In this document: positions 41,230 to 53,750 of the stretch, one piece after another
How the letters are laid out: the number at the start of each line of letters is the position of its first letter
How positions within the stretch are numbered: the stretch's first letter is position 1
Source of the DNA: Raillietiella orientalis
Taxonomy: Eukaryota
Reading direction: 5' to 3'
Length of the DNA: 64,000 nucleotides
Assembly (NCBI GenBank): GCA_036172245.1
Contig: JAYWIR010000050.1
Location: forward strand, 186,001 to 250,000
Program-made: the position numbers and the translations under genes
The notes under the pieces: model-generated
What the model was told of the DNA's origin: nothing
What the model saw: only the letters and a program-made list of their open reading frames with translations
Database searches by the model: none

Positions 41230-42198
41230 AATGAGCGCGGGTTGCGCGGAAGGTTTGTGCGGGGTATTCACTCAGAAGGGTCTCCGGCGGCAACCTGTGA
41301 AGTTTTTCCTTGCGCTCAAATTCCGGACTTGCCCGTGGTGTGTGTCTGCGCGTCTGGTCCTCCGTTGATGCGTCGGTAGAGAAGGACCACCTTGGCTGCT
41401 GCCGCGTCCCTGTTTGGGGATGCAGGAAATTTCACTTCCCCCTGAGGCGACTCGCCTTCCTAGTGGAAGCTTAACCGAGGACCTCTTGCCGCTCAATTGG
41501 ACTCGAATGTCTGGAGGCAGGAGATGGTCGCTTCCTGGGTCACATGCCAAGGAATGGGTCCAGCGAAGCTTCAATCCCTGCGACTCCTCCTTACCCATCC
41601 TTTGGCAGAGGTGCTGCTGCAGGGCCCAAAGTTGACGACTCCGGCTGCAACACTTCTTCCCGCAGAGCTGTTTTCCCTCAGGGCAAGCGACTGCAGTGGC
41701 CAACAGACGGGGCGAGAGCTCTCGAGCCATCGCAGATGAAAAATCCCTGAGCGGCTGGAAGACGAGCGAGGTGGTGGTGAATGCCGCCACTCCGCGTATC
41801 CAAGCGAAGGACTCTTCCGTTGAATGTCACCCCCGAAGAACTCGCGGTCCCTCCCCAATGTTTGAACACTTCTGTGCTGCCCGTGACCTCTGAGCAGGCC
41901 GTGCTTCTGTTTCTGCATTAAGGAGTTCCTTGCCATCAGCGCAGGCACCTCATCTCCGAGGAAGTTGCATCCCCCCCGCACTGTGCCAGGGGCGGCCCGG
42001 CGGAATCGAGTCCGTCGCATATGCTGTTGGACTGTGGTGGCAAACAAAAACGGTGGCGGAGACGGTCCTCGGAGCTCCTGCACCGGGAGGACGAAGCCGA
42101 TGACCTGCCGCAGCGTTTCTTCGTGCGTGGCAGGCTCTCGGCTGGTGCAGCGAACGCGACGAGGCGTGGCACCTGGGCCGTCGTCACGGCCCACTCAC
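41230..42198 (+). mobile_element. Decayed L1/Tx1-clade post-RT fragment
   Basis: CPWCVSARL, WRQEMVASW, SGWKTSEV, LH*GVPCHQRRH, SHMLLDC and FFVRGRL all parallel the family consensus. Confidence 0.65.
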
Positions 42199-42992
42199 GA
42201 TATCTAGCAGAGGCAGGCGCGGGGGAGGGAGGTAATCCATGTGGCAGCAGCCGCCTACATGAGGAGAGCTGCGAGGTGGCCTCACCTGCAAGAGGAAGTC
42301 AAAGGGGGGACCGGCAGCGCCTGGCCGCAGGACGCCCTTCGAATGTGGGCGAAGACCAAGTGAGCCGAGCTCGTAGTTGTCGCAGCGCCTGCAATATTCC
42401 ATTCTCCAGAGGTTGCCCCCTCGCTGCAGGAGGTCATCGTTTATCCCACGATGGATGTTTATAGTGATCATACCTCACGTGTGTGGGATAGTAGGTATCT
42501 ACCGGTGATGAGGTTAATCGAAATTTTGTTTTAGCCTTGAGGTGATCACAACTACACTTTGCCGGCCGCAGGTCCCAAATCCTTTTAGGTTTAAATCGAG
42601 AAATTCGGGAAACACCATTTTTGTTGTCTTCATTTGCCGAGGTTGCAATTAAACTGTTTGCAAGTACAGTTCTTCAAGATCCCACGACAAACAACACACA
42701 TCGTGCAACTGAATACATTTGTTGACAAGGTTCTAGTTTCTCAAGTAATTAGTTTCGATCCGATGCCACTTTACTGTCTAACCTCTTAATAAGAACCTAC
42801 ACTAACTCGGGATTTTTAAGATTCATTCATCTGAAGCATACCGGCTGCTTTCTGAGTGACCTCCAGCCATAGCAGCCCTGCGGGAGAGGGAACCGAATTC
42901 TTTGAAGGACTGCCGTTTGGGAGAGTAAACGTGGAGAGCACGACAACGATGAGGAACACAGGTCTCTCATCACTGGAAACATGGACTTGCAT
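42199..42992 (-). CDS. Tentative 5' exons of an unidentified secreted/membrane protein gene
   Basis: Phase-compatible exons 42992-42842, 42498-42474 and 42423-onward, with a 50-bp GT-AG intron. Hydrophobic N-terminus (VFLIVVVLSTFTL) and a strong GTGAGT donor at 42198. Downstream exons not found. Confidence 0.35.
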
Positions 42993-43647
42993 TTTTATCC
43001 ACAAACTTTCACGTAAACACGCCTTGGGATCTCGTGAATTTGGCAATAACCATGGGTTTCAATTGAAATCCGTTTAATAAAAAAAACATATGATTTGAAA
43101 CAGAACACCAGATTTCACAAATCGACAATGCTCCCTGTTGCCGACGTGAATGCCATCTTTTTGACACGAGTACTGATGGTTATTACAACGTAATATTTCT
43201 GTTTGGAAGTACGTTTTGCAAGTACAGGCTTTTGGGATTCTATAATCATGCTGAAGCATAATTGGCCATACTTGCGAAAAAAAAGCAGCAGTACATCATC
43301 TTTTGTACGCATGTTGTTTTGTCAACTGTTTTTCCATTTGCACGTGATTTTGTCTGCAAACATTTCATAAGAATTTGTCAACAGATTTCAATACATGAAT
43401 TTGTCATCATATGGGCTTAAAGACAGTTAATAGTACAGTCGAACTGAAAATGGCATGCACTGAAGTATTTTCAAGTAATTGAAAATCTGACATGAACTGA
43501 CAGCAATACAAATTACATAATTAAAATTGTAAATACACACAGAAGGCTCATCATGGTGCACAAAATCCTCAATTGCTACCATTCAAACCAATAAACTTAT
43601 TGACTCATCTTCATTAAGATAATATATTCTTTTCTTGACAAAAATCA

Positions 43648-46600
43648 TTAATTCTGATTCTGACGCAATAATTTCACCAAGCAGACTTCTAAACGTGCTA
43701 AAGGTCCCCTTGAACCAGCTGGTGTTATCTGCTGAATGTTCGGAAAAAACTCATAACAAAGGGCATAGAGAAGTTTCTGATACTGCAGACCGTATGTCTG
43801 AAGCAAAAGAAAACTCAGAGAGTTCAACACTGGTAAAAGAAGTGTTGCCGTGACATTTGGTATTGGATCTGTGGACACGTGAGAGAGAACAAAGGAATCA
43901 ATAAACTCACCTGCATGAAGTACATTTGCTAACCAACGCCAACCTTCCACAATTCCCCACTCATGATGTCGGGCACCAAAAGTATTTACAATGACTCCAT
44001 ACAACCGAGCGATCCCAGTCATGCGTTTCAGATACTTATCTTCAGTTTCCCAGCCTTCCTTGCTGCGCACATAACCTTGGACACTGAAGTTAAACTGAAG
44101 GAACTGGTAAATTTACACATGCTTACCTCAACCAATCTTCTTCCGCCTGCTCTTCAGTTTTGTGCAAATGCAATGGAACAAGAAGAGGGCATCTCTTATA
44201 AAAATGGGCCTTTAAAAGCTGCCCAAAGTCAGGAAATGCTTCCCAAAGACCCACAATTACTGTGGCAAGAGGAACTGCAGCTTCTGGATGACTGCTAACT
44301 GTATCTTCTGCTTGGCTCTAACTTTATCCTGATATCATCATCTGCTTAACAGTTGCTCACCACCAATTTATCAGCCAACAAATTCTTGCAATACAGTACA
44401 CCTTCAGGATGCTCGGCTGCACATACTTTTTGTCCTCCAATAACAATTGCTTTTCCTCCAAGAAGTTGCTTGAGACGAGACAGCTTGTCTTGCAAATGGG
44501 ATGCTGATGTACTTGAAATGGTGTTGACCAAAGTATTGACTGCTTTCTTCAAAACGCAAACTGCTTTGAAAACTCCTTGATCATAACCTTACCTTTAAAG
44601 AAAAGCGATACTGTTTAAGACTAGCATTGCCATCTAGTCCATCCATCTGCACTGCCACTTGTTGCAAGAGCTCCATAAGCTGATCATAACATTCCTGACA
44701 TAAATCTTTTTCTGGTATATCTTTAATCTCTTCCTCTTGCAATGTTTCTACTGTCATATCACTTTCGAGAACAGGAGTTAATTCGAGCTCTTCTTTTTTC
44801 TTATCTGGATACAAAGCTTTCTTGATATTCAATAATGCATTCAGTGCCCTGAGGTAATGCATTCCATCACCTCAGAGAAATTCCATTACCTATGTCAGAC
44901 AAAATGCAGTGTGCTTGGTTTAGCAAACTTTCCGCTTGCTGAATTTTCTCCTCCGATGGATCCTTACATTCCAAAAGTTCTTGTGCAGCTTGCATCAGAT
45001 GCTGTATCATCAATCCAGATCCATGAACAGGCAGCATTCTGAAGATGACGTTAGTGAACACTAAGCCAAGCTACATACGTGATTAGGGCACTAATAGATT
45101 CCAAGCAATTGTGGATCTCTTTCACTAATGAAGCAAGTCGATCCTGAAGACGCTGCTGCTCTTGCTTTTTACGCCGCTGCTCTTCTTCCATCCTCCACAA
45201 CCTAGCAGTCACCATCTGCTACCACATTTACACACATTCCCTCATTTTCAAGTTCTCACCTGAGCATGCTGCTTGTTGGCTTTTTTCTGTTGGTCATATC
45301 TATATTCTTCTTCTTGTTGCAAAAGAATCTCTGTTTGTCTCTGATGATTGCTGTCCTGATTATGCTGGTAATCCCAATAACGATGCATAAGATGCTGAGA
45401 TATAAGTAATTCAGCTTCAGCCATTGCTCCATGATGGCGCCTCATGGCACTCTGTTAACCACTTGATAAGATGAGCAATATTATTCCTCCTTACTTGTAT
45501 ACATCTCTCTTCTTCTTTCTGATACAGCTGCAGCTTCCTACCTACGTCATTTAGAAGGGGAACTTCAGAAATGGAAAAAGAGTTTATCCTAGGCTATATA
45601 CTAACAGTACAATAACTGAATTAAAAGCTGCACATACTTGTTCTCGAATTGGAGTAGTATCTACAGGAGTTGCTGGTACAGCTGCACAGTCCTGCTGCTT
45701 AACATGGTTGAGTAATTGATGCCTATGCAGAGAAGTACTTGCTTGCGTAGGAGATGCTAAACTTAGAAGCATCAGCTAAAAAAACGAAAGACCAAGAGTA
45801 TTTTAATAATTTTTTTCTGGAAAGCATGATGGACTTTAAACTGGATGATGTAAGCATTCCATTCCTAGAAATCCCAAAGGGCAAGATATGAAACAATTAT
45901 CCCATAAAATCATACAAAACACCCTTCAGTAAGAAACAGTACTCAGAAATTAAAGATAGTATATTGACAACAGAAATCAGCAGTACAACTGCTGATTCTG
46001 GATGTAATTAAGCACAGAGTCTGGTACCAAGTACCGAACACTTTCATGTCGCTTCAAGGCTCTACGCACTTTTGTAGAGCTTATGTCATTCTCGATCCAT
46101 TCCCGGACAATATGAATGTTGGCTTTATAATGATTCAGCAGATCAGACTCGTAAATCACTTGACTGACCGACTTTCCCTTTCTGCTCACTACCACCACAC
46201 CATAATCTCTTAGAATGCTCTCCATGTGTTCCTTTTTCCAGAGATTAGGCACCTCAAATGATGACAAGACATCAGCACCACACAACAACTTTAATTGGCA
46301 ATTAGATTGCTGTTCATCATAGTGTTGCTGGTGATGTTTAAGAACCTCGTAAGTTGGAGTCCACTCCTGCTGTTCACATTCCCACTTGGATAGCTGAACC
46401 CATGGGTGTGATTGCAAAGCAGTCTCTACCATTTTCAATCTATGAACTCCTGATTCCAAGGTTGTCTTGCCATACTTATCATTAACTGGTGACATAATGC
46501 CACCAACAACTTGTTCATTTGTGGATGACATAAAATAATCTTTGGCTAATTCAAACAATCTTAGATGCATTATTGTTGGAGGATTATAAGAACCACATGC

Positions 46601-46816
46601 TAAGAGCACAATAGATTTACCTATCTGAAAGTCACTCATTCTTATGGCGCTAGTTGTAATGCGTATGCTTCACGATTTGTGTACATTTTGTCAGTCAAAT
46701 AAAATTCAATCAAGCCTAACCTCTATATGAGTGGTTTCATGCCAATGACGATCATATTTCAAGGATGCTTTTGGTGTGCCTAGCAAGTGCTCAGATCCAT
46801 GAGGGTCAGATATCAT
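43648..46816 (-). CDS. GLE1: mRNA export factor GLE1 (multi-exon)
   Basis: KKAVNTLVNTIS, EDKYLKRMTGIARLY, GWRWLANVL, GPLARLE and a coiled-coil mid-region. Exon 1 46816-46721 (LLGTPKASLKYDRHW) splices in phase 0 to exon 2 at 45775. Confidence 0.88.
45977..46639 (-). CDS. NMNAT: Nicotinamide mononucleotide adenylyltransferase, intronless, 220 aa
   Basis: LLACGSYNPPTIMHLRLFE, LKLLCGADVL, WIENDISSTKVRRAL. Confidence 0.97.
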   Translation of the reverse strand: MSDFQIGKSIVLLACGSYNPPTIMHLRLFELAKDYFMSSTNEQVVGGIMSPVNDKYGKTTLESGVHRLKMVETALQSHPWVQLSKWECEQQEWTPTYEVLKHHQQHYDEQQSNCQLKLLCGADVLSSFEVPNLWKKEHMESILRDYGVVVVSRKGKSVSQVIYESDLLNHYKANIHIVREWIENDISSTKVRRALKRHESVRYLVPDSVLNYIQNQQLYC

Positions 46817-49800
46817 GTTTTTGTTTGAAAATGCTGCTATCCTTAGTATGTTTCCCCCCGAAACGATTTCTGAAATTAGCAAAAGATTAGCAAACACTAC
46901 ATACAGTTTAGCCTTTAACATGCATAATTATGCAGCAAGCATAATACATGCTTTGGGATCAAAACATTGATCTCCTTTTTACGCTACACGTTGAGATACT
47001 GTCCTTATTACTATTGTTACAGAGCATTACTAAAAAACACACACACATACGGACACAGTTTCCAAGACCGCTCCATCACTTCGGTGCAAAAAATCACTCA
47101 CAATACTGAACTCTCACAATCACACAACGAAATCCATGTATCGATTTTTCTCGAAAATGAAAAAAACGAAAACACAATAAAAAGCCATCCGGTGCTAACC
47201 AAACCTAAACTTTAGCTTGCACCTTAAACCTGTTCGTGGCGTGAAAAGTGGCGATCACACGGTCACGGGGGGAGGCGCCGCTGACTCCTCTCCCCCCGAG
47301 CGCGCTCCTGGGCAATTCGCCAACGCGCTGCTGCTGCGTCCTGGACCAAGGATGCAGGCGTCCTCCCTCGTCCCGGAGCCCTCCGGATCGCCTCGCGGGA
47401 ATAAGGATCGTTCGTCACTTGCAGGGCCCCAGGTGATCAAGTGGGAATGAATAGGAGTTTCCCCCACGCGCAGCACTTCGTCTGATGCAACAGCAGTGCT
47501 GAATCTTCTGGCCGAGGCTGTGAATAAGAGCAGCGAAGATTAAGCGTTAATTGAGAAAGAGGCGCAGTGGATCCCTTCTCTTGATCTCATTTTCATAGTT
47601 TCATCATAAGTTGCTCGAGACAAACAGGGAGTTTCGATTTTCCATTACTGCTTTCACCTTGAGACGTGGATTGATGGATTCTCTGAGTGGCTGAAGCCGG
47701 AAAATAACAGACCTTCCACCAAACAGCTTTCAAAAGGAAAAGAAGGGAGGAACATCATTTGAAACTTTGGATCGCTTCCGAGCTTTTCATTCTGTAGGAT
47801 AGTTCAACCGCTTCACAGGATTTGTCTTGCTAACTATGGCGACAATGAAATCATAGAATCTGAACGATTCCATCATTCCTCTTGGAGGAGCCCCGCATAA
47901 ACTTTCACTACTCACAAAGTACTCAGGAGATCAGAAACACGAATTCGTGAGAAACACCTCGTCCACTGGTTTTCCATGGACATGGACTCCTCGTGCAGGC
48001 ATTCCTGATTGCGTGGAAACTAACGTATCTAATGTCTTACTTGAACGGCTGTGCCACATACAAGGTAATAGAGGGAAAAAACGTGCTTCCTTTGAAAATT
48101 AGATGTAGTGCTGTTCCAGATTCAAATTCTATTAACAGCGAATAAGCAAAATGCATAGAGGAAACGCCGAAAGGAAAGCAGAAAAAACTGTAGAGCATTT
48201 CTGTCGTTCTCATGAGCTTGATGCAAACTCCACTTCAAGTGGAATTGGATTCTGAGAGGATAGGAAGAAAGCTAGAAGAAACGGATGGAACGAGGGATCA
48301 GAATAGACAACTAATGACGAAGGCTTATTTGTGGTGATGTCTAGGACAGAATAGGTCATAGATCAAATACTCAAAAGATTTCTGTTATTTTGTTTGTCTT
48401 GAAGACTAAGAGACGTTAGGATAAACTGAAGGGGATGATGATTGCTTGTGCTCATCACTGCACTGAGATTGAATATCCCATTTCTAGCGAACCAACCACC
48501 TCATCGACAAGGCTCACGTGGCGCAAGAAACTCGAATGGCTGCACAACGAAGCCATTTCCAAAAACAGACCCTAAAGATTAAATGGACGTAGCCTCTTTA
48601 AGTTTTAATTGGTTGGGCACTTTCACAGAGTTTCTAGCTCATCCCATTGGGGAGAAAAACTGTATCGGATGTTGTTTATTCTATAAGAATATTTTATCAG
48701 TAGACATAAGTGCAGATGTGTTGGACAGAAAATCTGCAAGCTTGTTTTTGTGCAAGTTGGCCATCACATATATGATTTGTCTATTAGGGAGCATTAGCGA
48801 TTACTGCTTTCAAAACTTGCTTCAGGACCCTGTAGTTCTTCAAGATGGGTTCTTTTCTTTGTGAGCCATCCGGATCCATTCCTCCTTGATGAATAAGAGT
48901 TCGATAATTGAGTACCATTCCTGAATATTGAACAAATGTCCATAGTTTTGCGTGCTCAGCAGTAAGTTGGTTGTACATACCTGAACGAACGCTGGAAATT
49001 TTCAGCCTATTTTAGCAAAATTTGTGAAGCTGATTCTCTAGAGACCTTTCAGAGACTACAGACGACGTTATTTGTTTCGGTACTTGTATTCTTCACACCT
49101 TAGAAACGAAAAGAAAGTTCCGAGGCCATAAGCAAGAGGGATCTCAATGAGACGGAGCTGAGAGCTGTCAACCAAAGGACAGTGGGAAGTAGAATGAGGT
49201 ATCATTGGATTAATAGCACCATTATTAAATACATGGCTAAATACATGTGTTTGTGATACGAAGCTGGGAATGCGTCTCGATGGTCGACTGTTGGAGCCGA
49301 AACGAATTTCACGTGGAAGTAGATTCGCTGGATTAATCCATCGGGACATCCGACCAAAGATGTGCCACTCTTAGGTATAATCTGGAAGCGCATGCTTGGA
49401 AGGTATTTCATGGGCGGGGAGAGCGAGACGTCCTTTCACTCATCATATTAAGCAGCTAACCTTCCTAAAGCAGTGAGTGATCCTAGTTTATGAGGAAGCA
49501 GATTCCAGTCTCTCCTGTGCCAGGGAGCGCTTCGGAAAGAAGGGACAACGACAAAGTCTCCTTGGAAGACGAGGGTCCCTCCACTAATTTTTTTCCCAAG
49601 GAAGGCTGTGAAGATGGTCAGCCAAAGAGTTCTCCACACAGAGCGACGGAGCACCTCCGTCTCGTCTCCCAGAATGGAGCAGACCCCTGGGGATTTCTGC
49701 AGCTGGTTGGGAATGGGATCAAGAGGATGGACCCACTGCATCTCCCAGCCTGACCTCCGCTCCGGCAGCCTGCGCGAGGAGCTGCCGCCGTGCTCTCCAG

Positions 49801-50421
49801 GAAGCCACCAGTTTCTTGGTCAGGAGGGCACACGCACGGACAAGGCCTGCGTCTCAGCCGTGGTCACCGTTCCTGCGGCAGCAGCTTCTACCGCTTCCCT
49901 TCCTCCTCCCCCCCGAAGAACTCCCGACCTACTCCTTTTTCTCTCTCCCCTCAGTCGAGCGAGCAGGGTGACCGGTAGCTGCTCTTCGAGAGGGCGTGTA
50001 GACTGAAGCCTCAGGGTCGTTCCTTTGCCCCGAAGGCCCGCGGAGGGCAGCGACGTCAACTGCCGCTGAAATCACCGCATGGGTCGAAGCAACCGTGCAG
50101 GGAAGGCGGCGGTGACCGCGAAGTCTGAGAAGCGCAACGAGGTTGGCCCGCGCCTAGCCGCCCCCACGCGTCCACGCGGCGCTTCCGCTTCCGGTGGGCA
50201 CGGCAAAAGCCGACGACGACGACGACGGTCGCTCCGTTCCTCCCGGCCTAGCAAGAGGTTGGGGTGGCAGGGGAGACGCGCGCGGGGCCCGATCTCCAGG
50301 GCATCGTCCGTGGTGCGCCCCCGGCAGGAGGAAGATTGTCGGGGAGAGGGCAGCAGCCGATGCTACAACCCTCCTATCTGTTTATTGTCTCGGTCTCGAG
50401 CGAAGGGAGAGACGTCGGTCG

Positions 50422-52495
50422 TTAAGGCAGGAGGCCCGGACGGGGGGCACCCCTGACGTCCCGGTCCTGCAGGGGCTTCGTCACCGCCCTCCAGTACCTT
50501 CCGTAGGTCGCCTTCTTCGACGGGAGCTGAAACTGGAAGCTGAGGGGGACGATCCCGGGGAATCCGCCGGAGAACGGAGGTCTTGGGAAGGATCCAAAAG
50601 GGGGACCGAAGGGTCCCAGCGGGGGGAAGGAACCCGGCGGTGGCCCCGGAGGACCGAAGGGTCCGCCTGGAGGCCTCGGCGGGAAGACTCCGGGAAGAGT
50701 CTGAGGAGTTTGAAACCCTCCGGGAAAGGATCCTCCCCCTCCGCCCGGAGGGGGGCGGAACGCGCCTAGGGGCGGCTGCGGAGGCCGCGTCTCCAGCTGC
50801 AGGTGCTGCTCTTCCGGAGGGGCGGGCGACCGCAGCTGCGGCGACCAGGCTGGCATGGGGGCTTGGTACGGAGCCTCCGGGAAGTCAGCCCGTGTTGCGT
50901 AGAAGAGGGAACCCTCGGGATCGTCCGACGTCTGGAGGTAGCGGAACGTCTGCATCCCGGAACAGGGAGAAGGGGAGAGGTGAGGACGGAGCAGCCTTGC
51001 TTTCAGACAGTACCTTGGATTTTCCTGAGGGATCCACGTCCACCAGGCCGGGGTCGAGGTCTCCGTCTCCCATCACCTCGAAGTGGGTGACGACCGCTTC
51101 CTCCAGCAGGGTGGTGAACTTTTCCAAGTCAAGGGTCGGCTTCGCTGGAGGTGCTTCTTCCTTCGAAGTGTTCCTCACCTGAAAGACACGAGTCTGGGGT
51201 TTCATCCCGTGCGCGGCGGCCCTGCTCTGCAGTGCCCAGCAATGGCTTCGGCGCCGGGCGCGTCCCTTTCTGCTCTCGGGGAAAATGAAGGGTTTCTTCC
51301 GCGGCTACTCGATGGCTTCGAGTTCTGTGCCTTTCCCGTTCGACGCCAGGCACCGAAATCCTGTTCTGGGAATCATTGAATTTCGAAAGCGTTTTTTTCT
51401 TCTTTTTTGAGTGTAAGGTAAAGGAGGAACTCTGCTTTTTCAACGACTTCCTTCGATTTTTCTTTTTGTCTTAAACATGTTATTCGTAAAAACAAAAAAA
51501 ATAAAGAGATGGTAATTCTGATGGAGAGAAACCGAAATCAAGCGCGCCAAAAATCGCGTGCGTTCCAAGGCAATTGCTAGTGCAACTAGGTTTTCAACGG
51601 CCTTTCCCAAAACATTCGTTGCCAGCGGGTCGCTTGTGAAACAGTCTTTTAGAAGCGTTTGTCGTAAGCATGTGTCTGCACATCTTAGTTTGTAGTCTCC
51701 TCAGAGTCCTGCGATGCCTACAGTACATGCAAATTGGTTACCAGTGGAAATTTTCTACAAGATGAGAATGATACATTTCTACAAGCAAATGTGAGAAGTG
51801 AGGATCAAATAGATGTACAAACACCTCCACTTATTTCACTATCCATGTTCACTTTGTGTTTACCTTGCTCTAATCATATACACCCATGCTGCGTCGTATA
51901 TACATGAATCGCATTTACATCACACGTGCGCGCGTGTAACTTCAGAAAACCAAGTGCCACAGAATGTTCACGAACTTTCTACGGCCCTTATTTTCCCTTT
52001 GGATGCTTGCAAATGGCAACAGCATCTCTGCCTGACTTCAAAGCGGTCATTTTGCTGAGTACGCGGTAATGGGTTGTCGGTGACTTTCAATAGGAAAGTG
52101 ACGATTCGGATCGTCGCCCGAGGGCCTCTTCAGAGTACAAGGAAGCTTTCCGAGGATGAAGCCTTCCAACGCGATCGCTGCAGGGGGAGATCGGATTCCT
52201 CCCAGTTCACCACCGTGACGCCACGCAACCAAAAGACAGAAGGATTGCCCGCCGATGCTGCCTTTGCTAAGGAGGGAGCATGGAGAACTTTAGCCCTAGG
52301 TCCGGATCACAAATAAAGAGTACTTCGTGGTCAGGCAACCTTTGAGGAACTGTGGCACTGACTCACCTCTGAATCACTCACCTCTGGGACAACGGGACCA
52401 TTGAGACGGCTTGCGGTCGAATTCTCACTTGTAACCCGATTGAATATACAAGCGTAGCACACCATCAGCATAGAAATCCAGTTCATGTTCAGCAT
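50422..52495 (-). CDS. Secreted proline/glycine-rich protein of unknown function (3 exons, ~268 aa)
   Basis: Exons 52495-52382 (or 52367), 51178-51014 and 50949-50422, all phase 0. Signal-like MNWISMLMVCYACIFNRVTS, PPGGPFGPPGPPPGSFPP-rich C-half, AATAAA at 50386-50381. Confidence 0.7.
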
Positions 52496-53750
52496 CTTCT
52501 AAGTCATCAGTGGAAGATCAAAACGCGTTCGTCATTCGCATGGATGCGGCATGTCGGTCAGGATGAATTCGCTTTCTTATATACTGAGATTTTATCTTCT
52601 CGTGTAAAGAACAGAACACATATGTGAAAATAAACATATTTTTCTTTTTTTCCCTAGCTGTGTGGATGCCTGCAAAGGCTAAAACTGACCCAGAAAAACA
52701 GGCCCATCGAAAAGAAAATCAAACAGACAAGTCAAAAGCGATAAGACAAAAACTTATCTGTCCCAAGAGACGTTTCAACTAGCATTTTCGGATGAAATTC
52801 TACGAATTCCTACGGATACGCATTCTTTTAGAATTCCTGGAGCCTTGCATTTGCCCAGCACTGCAGAATGCTTCTTCCATTGCACCTGAAGAACAAGCAG
52901 GCCGCTCGCGAAATCTTCAACGGATGCATCCGCTGTTTCCTTCTCAACTTCTCATGGGTGACTGACAGAAGCCGCCAAGGGGAAGGCAGCTGATTTGGGT
53001 CTTTCCTGAAGAAGTTTGCCCGCGACAGCTAGTGACCGGTGTGGCTCCTGCGGTTAAGTGTTGGCGAGTCAGATTGGCGCGAGTGATCCGCGCCAATCCA
53101 CCGAGGTTCAGATACACTGGTAGTCTTTTAGCCACCCCAGAGGGCATCAGACAAGCTTGGGTGTGGAGATCGATCGGGAAGAGAGGGCGAGTGATTTATT
53201 CATGAAGCTACCTGCTCCAGACTATCAGCTGCCGGGAGACCGAAATCGCGTTATACTACGAGGGAGAAACAATCAAACAGGAACTCGTGTTCTAGCATCC
53301 AGGAGGGATCAAGCAGCTCGCCCTGGAAGAGACGCCGAAAGAGGCCTCAGTATCTGCTGCATCACTTATCTGTTGTTTTAGGAAGATGTGAGATGTATGT
53401 CAGAAAACGCGTGTTTGGTGTAAACACGACAGACAAAGTCGAAGGGGATGTTCACCTTTGGCACTTGGAGTCCTCTAGAATGTGCGGGGGGGGGGGGAGG
53501 GAGTCTTTACGGGATGCCAATGATCTCGTAGGAGCTGGGAAGCTGCCAAGAGAGATTATGAAGACGTGAGGATCTTCGTGTTCAATGGATTCCCGATTCG
53601 TGGAGATGAACAAGCAGCCACTGCACCCGCTGTTTGTCGAACGGCTCGGACGAGACTGTGGCGTCTGATGGACCTCCACACCTTATCACGTGGAGGGCGA
53701 AAGGTGTGGAGGGCGTTCACACACTCCGACGGAGCCGGGTGGGATATTCT

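Noticed and set aside
47500..49400. Possible decayed coding sequence or endogenous viral element
   Set aside because: Looks coding-like but no motif could be recognised; needs BLASTX.
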